Assembly (NCBI RefSeq): GCF_006345805.1
Contig: NC_042998.1
Coordinates: 197,036,001 to 197,100,000 of the forward strand
Length of the DNA: 64,000 nt
Reading direction: 5' to 3'
DNA from: Octopus sinensis
Lineage: Eukaryota
In this document: positions 1 to 11,140 of the stretch, in pieces
Numbering within the stretch: position 1 is the stretch's first letter
Layout: each line of letters begins with the position of its first letter
Notes under the pieces: generated by a model
Told to the model about the DNA's origin: nothing
What the model saw: only the letters and a program-made list of their open reading frames with translations
Databases searched by the model: none
Program-made: the position numbers and the translations under genes

Positions 1-504
1 CTCCTCTCTATCCTTCCCATATTAATAATACCAAGTCTTTGTTACCAAACAGCTGAGACCATCATCCCATGAACTTTTCCTTGCCTCTGTAATTAACCTA
101 TTAATGTCATAAAGTTAGTAATGGTCATTCTACAGTTAATTACAATTAATTACATAACAGTTGGTATTTGCTTACTTATAATATGATATTACAAATGGTA
201 TTTAATAAGTTGAAATAATTACTCAATTATGTTATTATATAATTGCCTTGTTGGTGTTGAGTTAGTAGAATTGTTAGACTGCTGCTCACCACCAGTGAGA
301 TATTTATATTTCTAGTTCACTTTATGACTGGATAGTCAGCACTTTCAAAGACCTATGAAATTGAAAATCACTTTACTTGAAAAACCGGGAAAGTTGATTG
401 CAGGAAGAATATCTAGCCCTAAGATTTAAGATTCTACCTCAAAAAAGTCCCATGGAACAATGGATGTTAAAACAAACAAGCACACATACACAAGATATAT
501 GTCG

Positions 505-898
505 TCATCATCATCATCGTTTAACGTCCGTTTTCCATGCTAGCATGGGTTGGATGATTTTGACTGAGGGCTGGTGAACCAGATGGCTGCACCAGGCTCC
601 AATCTTGATCTGGCAGAGTTTCTACAGCTGGATGCCTTTCCTAACGCCAACCACTCCGAGAGTGTAATGGATGCTTTTTACATGCCATCAACATGGGGGC
701 CAGTCAGGCAGTACTGGCAATGACCTCGCCCAAATCTTTTTACACATGCCACCGGCACAGGTGCCAGTAAGGCGACATTGGTAACGATTACACTCGAATG
801 GTGCATTTTATGTGCCACTGGCACAGAAGCCGGTTAGCTGCTCTGTCAACGATCACACTCGTATGGTGCTCTTTGCACGGATGGTGCTCTTAGCACAG
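505..898 (-). mobile_element. RTE-LINE 3'UTR-derived element with (GAT)n tail
   Basis: Begins (CAT)n-CGTTTAACGTCCGTTTTCCATGCTAGCATGG, the reverse complement of the ends at 2690-3081 and 9420-9733; internal GTGCCACCGGCAC-type repeats. RTE assignment is inferred from the tail type. Confidence 0.75.
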
Positions 899-1029
899 AT
901 ACCAGTCATCGAATTTGATTTTGATTTTGATTTTGATATTACCCACACACAGACACACATAGAGAGAGAAAGAGAGAGACAGAGAGCAGATGCAGTATGC
1001 AAGAAGGAAGACTAGGTTGGTTTGGATAT

Positions 1030-1155
1030 GTGATGAGTATGAATGAAGACAGCTGTATAAAGAAGCGTTGATCACTGAGAGTGGATGGCACCTGTGGAAG
1101 AGGGAGACATGGGATGAAGACATGGGATGAAGTGGTGAGGACTGATCTTGGGACG
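1030..1155 (+). mobile_element. Older RTE ORF C-terminal fragment
   Basis: Translates MNEDSCIKKR*SLRVDGTCGRGR..KTWDEVVRTDL, paralogous to the C-terminus of ORF 1155-1913. Confidence 0.65.
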
Positions 1156-1960
1156 TGATCAGTATAAGATATACCCAGTGTAAGCTATGGTCACATAAGA
1201 GGTGCAGTAATATCAAAGGAATGCTAACGGGGAAGGTAGTTTTTGTATGTGGCAGATGCTCAGGAGCAATAAACTCTGAAAATGTGCAGAGAACAACTTC
1301 CGCCATAATCCAGGGAGAAAAACTAGAAGTAGTTGATAGCTTCCGTTACCTAGGTGACCAAGTCAGTAGTGGGGACGGGTGTGCTGAAAGTGTAGCTGCT
1401 AGAGTAAGAATAGCCTGGGCAAAGTTCAGAGAGCTCTTACCTCTGCTGGTGACAAAGGGCCCCTCGCTCAGAGTAAAAGGCAGACTGTATGATGCATGTG
1501 TACGAACAGCCATGCTACATGGCAGTGAAACATGGGCTGTGACTGCTGAGGACATGTGTAAGCTCACAAGGAATGAAGCCAGTATGCTCCGATGGATGTG
1601 TAATGTCAGTGTGCATACTCGACAGAGTGTAAGTATCTTGAGAGAAAAGTTGGACCTAAGAAGCATCAGATGTGGTGTGCAAGGGAGACGACTGTGCTGG
1701 TATGGTCATGTAGTGAGAATGGATGAAGATAGCTGTGTGAAAAAGTGTCACACCCTTGCGGTTGAGGGAACATGTGGAAGAGATAGACCCAGGAAAACCT
1801 CGGACGAGGTGGTGAAGCATGAACTTCGAACATTGGGCCTCACCGAGGCAATGACTAGTGACCGAGGCCTTTGGAAATATGCTGTGTGGGAGAAGACCTG
1901 GCAGGACAAGTGAGACCATAACCCATGGCCTTTACCAGGATATACCCAACCCGTGTGCTG
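1156..1960 (+). mobile_element. 5'-truncated RTE-clade LINE, C-terminal part of the RT ORF (ORF 1155-1913)
   Basis: Motifs FRYLG, AWAKFREL, LHGSETW, LRWMC, WYGHVVRM and GRDRPRKT are typical of RTE ORF C-termini. Confidence 0.9.
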
Positions 1961-2194
1961 TGAGTAATTACTCAGGGTAGGCAGTTGGTGATGTTTATGT
2001 AGTAAAACACAAAAAAATAAGTGAAACAAAGGCACACGACTCAGTTGTAGGCAGATTTGCTTCTGCCTTGATAGCACGTAAAGAAAACGTTGTTGTAGGA
2101 GTGTACGCAGCATGTGTACTACAGCATAGTTTTAATACTGAGATTGAAAGGCAGGGGCGAATTATACCTACCTAATCATCATCATCATCGTTTA

Positions 2195-2689
2195 ATGTCC
2201 GTTTTCTGTGCTTGCACAGGTTGGATGGTTTGACTGGGGTCTGGGAAGCCAGAAGGCTGTACCAAGCTCCAGTCTGATCTGGCAGTGTTTCTACAGCTGG
2301 ATGCCCTTCCTAACGCCCACCACTCCGTGAGTGTAGTGGGTGCTTTTTATGTCCCATGGCACAGGTGCTAGGGGAGGCTGGCAGCGGCCACGATCGGTTG
2401 GTGCTTTTTACGTGCCACCGGCACAGAAGTCAGCCAAGGCGGCGCTGGCATCAGCCACGTTTGGAGGGTGCTTTTTACATGCCACCGGCACAACTACAAT
2501 TTCCATTAGATATTTATTTTGATGTTGATGTACTTGACTCAATAGGTCTCCTCAAGAACAGCAGGTAATGTGCCACCAGCACAGAAGCCAGTCAAGGCGG
2601 CGCTGGCATCGGCCATGTTTGGATGGTGCTTTTTATGTGCCGCTGACACAGGTATCATAACTACAATTTCCATTTGATATTTATTTTGA
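2195..2689 (-). mobile_element. RTE-3'UTR-derived element (host of the next insertion)
   Basis: (CAT)n tail at left and the same body as 505-898, with internal repeats. Confidence 0.75.
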
Positions 2690-3081
2690 TGGCACCTGTG
2701 TCAGTGGCACATAAAAAACACCATCCAGGCGTGGCCGTTCGCCAGCCTCGTCTGGCACCTGTGTTGGTGGCACATAAAAAACACCATCAGAGCGTGGCCG
2801 TCTGCCAGCCTCGTCTAGCACCTGTGTTGGTGGCACATAAAAAACACCATCCGGGCGTGACCGTTCGCCAATCTCGTCTGGCACCTGTGTCGGTGGCACA
2901 TAAAATCACCCACTATACTCTCGGAGTGGTTGGCGTTAGGAAGGGCATCCAGCTGTAGAAACACCGCCAGATCTGACTGGCCTGGTGCAGCCTTCGGGCT
3001 CCCCAGACCCCAGTTGAACCGTCCAACCCATGCTAGCATGGAAAGCGGATGTTAAACGATGATGATGATGATGATGATGAT
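2690..3081 (+). mobile_element. RTE-3'UTR-derived element nested in opposite orientation; internal 63-bp repeats
   Basis: Units start at 2691, 2754, 2817 and 2880; ends GTTAAAC(GAT)n; host sequence TTTTGAT|GTTGATGTACTT resumes after it. Confidence 0.8.
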
Positions 3082-3413
3082 GTTGATGTACTTAACAAAA
3101 AAAAAATATTTTGTATTTTATGCATAATAATCAGAGTAACCTTCATAATTTTATTGAATTAGGTGCGTATTTTGCCAGAAAAGGAAAATGTTACTGTTGA
3201 TCTATTTCATTCAGGTTAGGCACTGGCTCCCTTTCCTACCCAGGTGGCAGGTCTCTGATAAAAAAGATATCTTAACAGTTAAGCCATACTCCATCCTGTT
3301 TTGATTATTGTGTCTTTATCAGTATGTACAGGTGAAAAAGAAAAATGACTTTCACCTTTCAGGCCTGAAGATGGTGGGGGATATGTGTGACGTAGGTTAG
3401 AGCAAAGACATAT

Positions 3414-4700
3414 AAGGAGCCAGATAAGGGGTTACTCTATCCTCCCTCTGAGGGATCCTTCGCAGACTTGCTTATATTTTGTGACCATATCGATGGCCTT
3501 ATTGAATGATAGAAGGAGCTAGATAAGGGGTTACTCTATCCTCCCTCTGAGGGATCCTTCGCAGACTTGCTTATATTTTGTGACCATATCGATGGCCTTA
3601 TTGAATGATAGAAGGAGCTAGATAAGGGGTTACTCTATCCTCCCTCTGAGGGATCCTTCCCAGACTTGCTTATATTTTGTGACCCTGTCGATGGCCTTAT
3701 TGAATGATAGAAGGAGCTAGATAAGGGGTTACTCTATCCTCCCTCTGAGGGATCCTTCCCAGACTTGCTTATATTTTGTGACCCTGTCGATGGCCTTATT
3801 GAATGATAGAAGGAGCTAGATAAGGGGTTACTCTATCCTCTTTCTGAGGGATCCTTCCCAGACTTGCTTATATTTTGTGACCCTGTCGATGGCCTTATTG
3901 AATGATAGAAGGAGCTAGATAAGGGGTTACTCTATCCTCCCTCTGAGGGATCCTTCCCAGACTTGCTTATATTTTGTGACCCTGTCGATGGCCTTATTGA
4001 ATGATAGAAGGAGCTAGATAAGGGGTTACTCTATCCTCCCTCTGAGGGATCCTTCCCAGACTTGCTTATATTTTGTGACCCTGTCGATGGCCTTATTGAA
4101 TGATAGAAGGAGCTAGATAAGGGGTTACTCTATCCTCCCTCTGAGGGATCCTTCCAGACTTGCTTATATTTTGTGACCCTGTCGATGGCCTTATTGAATG
4201 ATAGAAGGAGCTAGATAAGGGGTTACTCTATCCTCCCTCTGAGGGATCCTTCCCAGACTTGCTTATATTTTGTGACCCTGTCGATGGCCTTATTGAATGA
4301 TAGAAGGAGCTAGATAAGGGGTTAGGTTACTCTACCTCCCTCTGAGGGATCCTTCCCAGACTTGCTTATATTTTGTGACCCTGTCGATGGCCTTATTGAA
4401 TGATAGAAGGAGCTAGATAAGGGGTTACTCTATCCTCTTTCTGAGGGATCTTCCCAGACTTGCTTATATTTTGTGACCCTGTCGATGGCCTTATTGAATG
4501 ATAGAAGGAGCTAGATAAGGGGTTACTCTATCCTCCCTCTGAGGGATCCTTCCCAGACTTGCTTATATTTTGTGACCCTGTCGATGGCCTTATTGAATGA
4601 TAGAAGGAGCTAGATAAGGGGTTACTCTATCCTCCCTCTGAGGGATCCTTCGCAGACTTGCTTATATTTTGTAACCCTGTCGATGGCCTTATTGAATGAT
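3414..4700. repeat. 99-bp minisatellite, 13 copies
   Basis: AGATAAGGGG recurs at 3422, 3521, 3620, 3719, 3818, 3917, 4016, 4115, 4213, 4312, 4415, 4513 and 4612. Confidence 0.97.
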
Positions 4701-5124
4701 ATTTTCTTCTTTTTTTTTCATGAATAGATGGCTGTAATCTGTGAACTGATGGTTTTAGTCAAGGGTAGCAGAGGGGTGGTGGTGGCAAGGGTGGAGGTAC
4801 GAATAGCTTGTGGTGGAGTGTATGCATCATTCTCACCCTTTCTTCTGTGTCACTCCAGCCCCCTCCTCACACTGGACATTCTACTGTTAAATTTTGGCAT
4901 TGTGGCTCTTGGTGACCTCTCGATTTAACCATGAAATTTAAGAATCCGACCCCCACCACCAACTCGATCCTGCCCTTAAATTCTAAGTATCCGTTCCATC
5001 AACACACCCCTGTTGTTGCTAAATGCTACGATGTTGTTAACATACAGCCTCCTTCAACATCATTATCACCATCCTCATCACTACCATCCTCATCATTGAC
5101 ACAGTTATCACCTTCAATACACAC

Positions 5125-5340
5125 CACCAACGCTCCTCCTCCACCACCACCACCACCACCTCTCCTCCTCCTCTCCTCCTCCTCTACCACCACCACCACC
5201 ACCACCACCTCCTCCTCCTCCTCCACCACCACCACCACCACCACCTCCTCCTCCTCCTCCGCCGCCACCATCACCACCACCGCCGCCGCCGCCGCCACAC
5301 TCGCTTCCAATCTGTAACACCACCACCACCACCGCCACAC
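5125..5340. repeat. Compound trinucleotide repeat (CCA/CCT/GCC)
   Basis: Visible runs of ccacca, cctcct and gccgcc. Confidence 0.9.
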
Positions 5341-5663
5341 TCAACACCTCTCCCCCATCATGTGCCGACAGCACCTTCACCCCCCCCCTGCCCAACTGTC
5401 AAACTACATTTAAAAAATATAACTTTCCCCACCATCCCCTTTATCAACCATATTCAAACACCTTCCCATCGTCCATTACCATCCACCTATGCAGTTTCTA
5501 TGCTATTTCTATCCTTGAAGAAACTGAGAATTAGGGATAACTTTTCACTGCCCCCCCCCCCGTTCTTATACCATCCAGGAGAGGTGGGGGTGGTGCTTGT
5601 CCTTCTCTCTTTACTTGTAGGTCTCTTCTTTCGGTGCCTATTACTTTCATTTTCTGTCTGTTT

Positions 5664-5710
<47 letters not shown>

Positions 5711-5814
5711 GCCCTTTCTTTCTCTCCCGGTCTCCCTTTTCCACTTTTTGTCTAGTAACTGTTTTATCAATCCTGGGTCAAAAACTGGCAAAAAAAAAAA
5801 ATTTTTTAAATAAA

Positions 5815-5976
5815 GGCGCAGGAGTGGCTGTGTGGTAAGTAGCTTGCTAACCAACCACATGGTTCTGGGTTCAGTCCCACTGCGTGGCATCTTGGGCAAG
5901 TGTCTTCTGCTATAGCCCCGGGCCGACCAATGCCTTGTGAGTGGATTTGGTAGACGGAAACTGAAAGAAGCCCGTC

Positions 5977-6017
<41 letters not shown>

Positions 6018-6240
6018 TGTGTGTGTTTGTGTGTCTGTGTTTGTCCCCCTAGCATTGCTTGACAACCGATGCTGGTGTGTTTACGTCCCCTGTCACTTAG
6101 CAGTTCGGCAAAAGAGACCGATAGAATAAGTACTGGGCTTACAAAGAATGAGTCCCGGGGTTGATTTGCTCGACTAAAGGCGGTGCTCCAGCATGGCCGC
6201 AGTCAAATGACTGAAACATGTAAAAGAGTAAAAGAGTAAA
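5815..6240 (+). mobile_element. tRNA-derived SINE family A (internal AT/GT microsatellite, GAGTAAAA tail)
   Basis: Head GGCGCAGGAGTGGCTGTGTGGTAAG (A-box-like) and GGTTCAGTCCC (B-box-like); several near-identical copies in the window. Confidence 0.9.
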
Positions 6241-6364
6241 GCCGAGATCAGAAAAGAGAAAGATGAAACTAAATACTGTAAAACTAAACCTGAATACTTG
6301 TAGTCCAGCATTTTACAAGTCTTTGCCATTCTACTATAATAATAATAATAATAATAATAATAAT

Positions 6365-6660
6365 TAATTCTTTTTATTGGCCACAAGGGCTGACGAATAT
6401 GATTGGAAAACATAAAGGGACAAAACAGGACGAAAGGTTACAAAGGGTTTTGTCTGTTTGTGAAAAAGTTGAGTAAAAAGGCAGTTTAACAACGAAAATA
6501 TAACAAAGAAAAACTCCCAATAGAGGAGACACTTCGAAAAAAGAAATGGTCTCACGTGGAAAAACCCATAAAAGCCACGGAAGCCTGGTCAAAAGGTGGG
6601 TAGAGAGCCCCTTTCTCCTTTTATAATACCTTTTTCAATTACAGGCGAAACCTCAGAATT
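6365..6660 (-). mobile_element. 3' end of a Tx1/L1-like LINE
   Basis: Minus strand ends GTCCTGTTTTGTCCC...GCCCTTGTGGCCAATAAAAAG. Clade is inferred from the tail style only. Confidence 0.5.
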
Positions 6661-6679
6661 GGTCCATTTATAATAATAA

Positions 6680-6911
6680 GGCGCATTAGGTATGATAAAA
6701 AAATATTCAGACAAATACATAACAAAAACACCAGGACTTACAAACACATATAACATACAGAAAATTGCACTACTGGGCACTGCACACATCCTACGCAGAA
6801 CACTTTCAATACAGTAACAATCAAAGCATCACAACAAATCACAGCACATACCCAAGGCACACAGAACTGCGCTCAGTAGTGAAGTGAAAGCACGCTATAA
6901 AAATAAAACTA

Positions 6912-6962
<51 letters not shown>
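6680..6962 (+). mobile_element. 5'-truncated R4/Dong-like (RLE) non-LTR element with (TAA)n tail
   Basis: Translates GALGMIKK...TPGL...IQKIALLGTAHILRRTL*, the RLE-clade C-terminus; TAA repeats on both sides. Confidence 0.75.
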
Positions 6963-6999
6963 TTATTTCTTTATTGACCACAGGGGGATAAACAATGAC

Positions 7000-8040
7000 T
7001 CCAGAGCATAACTGGTACTTATTTAATCGACCCCGAAAGGATGAAAGGCAAAGTCGATCTCGGTGGAGTTTGAACTCAGAACGTAGCGGTAGATGAAATA
7101 CCGCTTAGCATTTCGTCCGGTGTGCTAATGATTCTGCCATCTCGCTGTCCTTCTGCCAAGGCCTGAAGTTTTGCAGGCAGGGGCTAGTCAATTATATCAA
7201 CCCAGTAACCCAGTGCTCACCTGGTATTTATTTCATTTGCCCTAAAAGGATGAAGGGCAAAGTTGACCTAGGTGGAATTTGAACTCGGAATGTAAAGCCA
7301 GAAGAAATACTGATTTCAAATTTTGGCACAAGGCCAGCAATTTCGTGGGAGTGGGTAAGTTGATTACATCAATCCCAGTGCTTGACTGGTACTTATTTCA
7401 TCGACCCCTAAAAGGGGATAAAAGTAAAGCCAACCTTGGCGGAATTTGAACTCAGAACAGAAAGATGGAGGAAATGCTGCTAACATAGGCAAAAGTCCTG
7501 AAATTTTGGTAGGGAATGGAGGGGGCTAGCTGATTACAGGTACCCCATCTCTCAACTGATACCTATTTCATTAACCTTGAAACTATAAAAAGCAGTTAAC
7601 CCTGGTAGAATTTGAACTCAGAACACAAAGATGGCCAAAATACTGCTAAACATTTTGTCCTGTTTGCTACCTTAATAATATTAATAATATTAGTTCCAAA
7701 TTTTGGCACAAGGACAGTAAATTTGGGGTAGGGGGTAAGTCAATTACAGTGACCCCAGTGCTTGACTGGTACTTATTTTATCAACCCTGAAAGGATGAAA
7801 GGTAAAGTTGACCTTAGTGGAGTTTGAACTCGGAATGGGAAGGTGGATGAAATGCCACTAAGCATTTTATCTGGAGTGCTAACAATTCTGCCAGCTGGAG
7901 CCACCTTCTCTTAATAGTTTCAAATTTTGTCACAAGGCCAGCAATTTCAACTACGTTGACCTTGGTCCGCAACGGGAACTTATTTTATCAACTTTGAAAG
8001 GATGAAGGGTTAAGTCAACCTTGGTGGAATTTGAACTAAA
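7000..8040 (-). mobile_element. Cluster of old SINE family B copies with the GGCCTTGTGCCAAAATTTGAAA-type tail
   Basis: Several degenerate copies of GAAAGGATGAAAGGCAAAGTCGACCTCGGCGGAATTTGAACTCAGAA, preceded by TTTCAAATTTTGGCACAAGGCC. Confidence 0.8.
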
Positions 8041-9419
8041 AACAAACAAACAAACAACATAATAATATCCAAACAATAATTGAATCCTTTGTCATTTTGT
8101 ACAATGAATATTCCAGTTGTTCAATCAATTATGCTGACAACTCATTAGTTATAGTCTAAGTAGCAGAGTATTCCATGGACCCTGATACTCATAATGCAAT
8201 TAATCTTAAGCAGTGTCAGTGAAACTGTGTGAAAAGGCTGGTCTTCTTAATTATAATTATAGTTTCTTTGACAGGATTTCAAACAGTTTCCCATAACCCA
8301 GTTTCATTCACAGGGATTAGTTTAACCCAAGGCTATGACATGCAATGGGATCAAGGTCAGGTCCCCCTGATTGCCAAGTAAGCTGTATGTGTGTTGGTTG
8401 CTTCAAGAAGATACAATAAAATGCTGCTGACCTAAACAATGTATGTGTAGGGATTCTGATTTGCAACCTGACAGTGAAACAATGGATAGGAAAAATAGAT
8501 TTGCTAAGAACTATTTGCTTCCTGTTTATTGTTGCAATTGAACTAAATTAGAAAGAGAGAGAGTATTTCTTTATTCACCATAAGGTTGAGAAAAAGAGGG
8601 GACAATACGGGGACAGACAAGACAAACATTGGGGTCAGGGTATCGAATGAGGCGGAATTTGAACTCAGAACGTAACGACAGATGAAATACGGCTACACAT
8701 TTCACCTGGCATGATAACGTTTCTGCCAGCTTGCTTGATTTGCTAGAATTAGCAGCCAAATCATCTTAAAGTTCATCATATTGTCTCAGGTCACCTCTGG
8801 CTACAACAGACCACTGATATAAGGCATTCAGCTTTTTTTCCCCCACGAAATATAGTATCTAGAACTATATAATTGAACATATCTTTTCATTCATCTTTTT
8901 TTAAGGGACTTGGTTTTGATCTGAGGGAAGTTTGGTTGCTACTTCCTGCAGGTTAGACAATCATGTAGAGGCACCAACAGGTTTTCCTCATCCTTAGTTT
9001 TTGAGGCTTGGTAAAGAACAACTAATTTTTTAGTATTTACTAGAGGAAATAGGTTTGGGATGGAAGTGGAGTTAGATAGATAAAGAGAGAGGGAAACAGT
9101 TTAGGAGAGAGTGCTGTTGGAGATGAGAGGGAGAATAAGATGAGGAGGAGGAGGATTAATGCTGCAAGCTGGCAGAATTGTAAGTATGCTGGGCAAAATG
9201 CTAAGTGGTATTTTGTGGCATTTTGTCCATCCTAACATTCTGAGTTAAAATTCCACTATGGTCAACTTTGCCGCTCATCCTTTATCTCCTCCCCCGAAAA
9301 TACTGCACCTTGTGCTAAAATTTGATATCATTCTCTTTTACTCTTTTACTTGTTTCAGTCATTAGACTGTGGCCATGCTGGAGCACAGCTTTTATTTCAG
9401 CAAATCGACCCCAGGACTT

Positions 9420-9733
9420 ATAGCTGTCTAGTGTGCCGGTGGCACGTAAAAGGCACCATTTGAGTGTGATCGTTACCAGCGTTGCCTTACTGGCATGTGA
9501 AAAAACATTCGAGCGAGGTCATTGCCAGTACTGCCTGACTGGCCCCTGTGCTGGTGGCACGTAAAAGCACCCATTACACTCTCGGAGTGGTTGGCGTTAG
9601 GAAGAGCATCCAGCTGTAGAAACACTGCCAGATCAAGATTGGAGCCTGGTGCAGCCATCTGGTTCGCCAGTCCTCAGTCAAATCGTCCAACCCATGCTAG
9701 CATGGAAAGTGGATGTTAAACGATGATGATGAT
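9420..9733 (+). mobile_element. RTE-3'UTR-derived element
   Basis: Same body as 505-898; ends CATGCTAGCATGGAAAGTGGATGTTAAAC(GAT)n. Confidence 0.75.
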
Positions 9734-9764
9734 GGTTAGTGGTTGGTAGTGTGTGAGGTAGGTC

Positions 9765-9988
9765 GAGCGGCAGAAACGTTAGCACGCCGGGCGAAATGCT
9801 TAGCGGTATTTCGCTTGTCGTTACGTTGTGAGTTCAAATTCCACCGAGGTTGACTTTGCCTTTCATCCTTTCGGGGTCGATAAATTAAGTACCAGTTACG
9901 CACTGGGGTCGATGTAATCGACTTAATACCTATGTCTGTCCTTGTTTGTCCCCTCTATGTTTAGCCCCTTGTGGGTAATAAAGAAATA
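9765..9988 (+). mobile_element. SINE family B monomer with the young (Tx1-like) tail
   Basis: Head GCAGAAACGTTAGCACGCCGGGCG, core GCCTTTCATCCTTTCGGGGTCGATAAATTAAGTACCAG, tail GCCCCTTGTGGGTAATAAAGAAATA. Confidence 0.9.
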
Positions 9989-10453
9989 GGTATGTGAAGA
10001 TAGTTAATGGAAGTGAATCAGGCCAGTGGTATGTGAAGACAACACTTAATTGCTGCATTATATTTGTTAAAATAGGATATACAAAGCTGTGACAGGTTGT
10101 GTAGTTTATTCATTTGTATGAATGGAGTTTGGGAATGTTATGAATTTGAATTCCAAACCAATTTGTATTATTACTGCTTGCAGTAATAATTATAGCTGCA
10201 GCTGTAGTAGTAGTAGTATTAGTAGTAGTAGTAGTAGTAACAACAACAATAGTAGTAACAACAACAATAGAAGAACCAACGTCGGTAACCGGGTCGTACT
10301 GGTGCAGTGAAAATTTTGACACCTCAAGAAACAAACGTAAAGTCAATATAAACGCAGTGACGTGATTGTACAAGTCAAATAGGATTGTACAAGTCAAATA
10401 GGATTCTCTTCTATGATATACGTGCAGTATACGATTATGTATGAATGTGTCTG

Positions 10454-10755
10454 GGTACTTCTAGCGAACAGTGGTCCCGCTGTGCGCACACGCGCAGTCG
10501 CGCATCTGCGCTAGCTAGTCGTGACTAGTCGATCCTACGACGACACCCTAGCAAAGTAAATAAAACACAAAATAAATAATTTTTTTTGCACAAAGTAAAT
10601 AATTTTTGTTTACACAAAGTAAATAAAACAAAAACACAAAGTAAATAATTTTTTTAACAAAATAACAAAAACACAAAGTAAGGATCGACTAGTCATGACT
10701 AGCTGGCGCGGATGCGCGAGTGCGCGCACCGGGACCACTGTTCTCACGTAGTACC
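10454..10755. mobile_element. MITE with ~80-bp TIRs, GGTAC termini and 8-bp TSD (Merlin-like)
   Basis: TGTGTCTG at 10446-10453 and 10756-10763; TIR GGTACT..AGTGGTCCCG..AGTCGATCCT. Confidence 0.85.
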
Positions 10756-10787
10756 TGTGTCTGTACTTATGCACATACGTACGTACG

Positions 10788-11140
10788 CTTCATCCTTTCG
10801 GGGTCGATAAATTAAGTACCAGTTACGCACTGGAGTCGATGTAATCGATTTTATCCCTTTGTCTGTCCTTGTTTGTCCCTCTGTCTTTAGCCCCTTGTGG
10901 GTAGTAAAGAAAAAAAAAGTGTATATATTTCTTTACTACCCACAAGGGGCTAAATACAGAGGGGACAAATAAGGACAGACAAAGGGATTAAGTCGATTAC
11001 ATCGACTCCCCAGTGCGTAACTGGTACTTAATTTATCGACCCCGAAAGGATGAAAGGCAAAGTCGACCTCGGCGGAATTTGAACCCAGAACGTAACGGCA
11101 GACGAAATACGGCGTGCTAACGTTTCTGCCAGCTCGCCGC
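10788..11140. mobile_element. Tail-to-tail inverted pair of SINE family B
   Basis: Plus-strand partial copy 10788-10912 faces a minus-strand copy starting near 10927. Confidence 0.85.

Noticed and set aside
40-355. Possible minus-strand micro-exons (VFESADYPVIK; EARKSSWDDGLSCL)
   Set aside because: Splice signals are plausible but the phases do not join into a recognisable protein.
2674-2958. ORFs with 21-aa repeats
   Set aside because: By-product of the 63-bp internal repeats of a retroposon UTR.
3163-3395. Possible plus-strand micro-exons (VRILPEKENVTVDLFHS; LKMVGDMCDV)
   Set aside because: Short AG/GT-bounded frames with no recognisable homology; expected by chance.
3414-4700. CRISPR-like array or coding repeat
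   Set aside because: Units are identical end to end with no unique spacers, there are no cas genes, the context is eukaryotic, and every frame has a stop in each unit.
8275-8385. Open frame after a good acceptor site
   Set aside because: It aligns with a decayed antisense SINE A copy.
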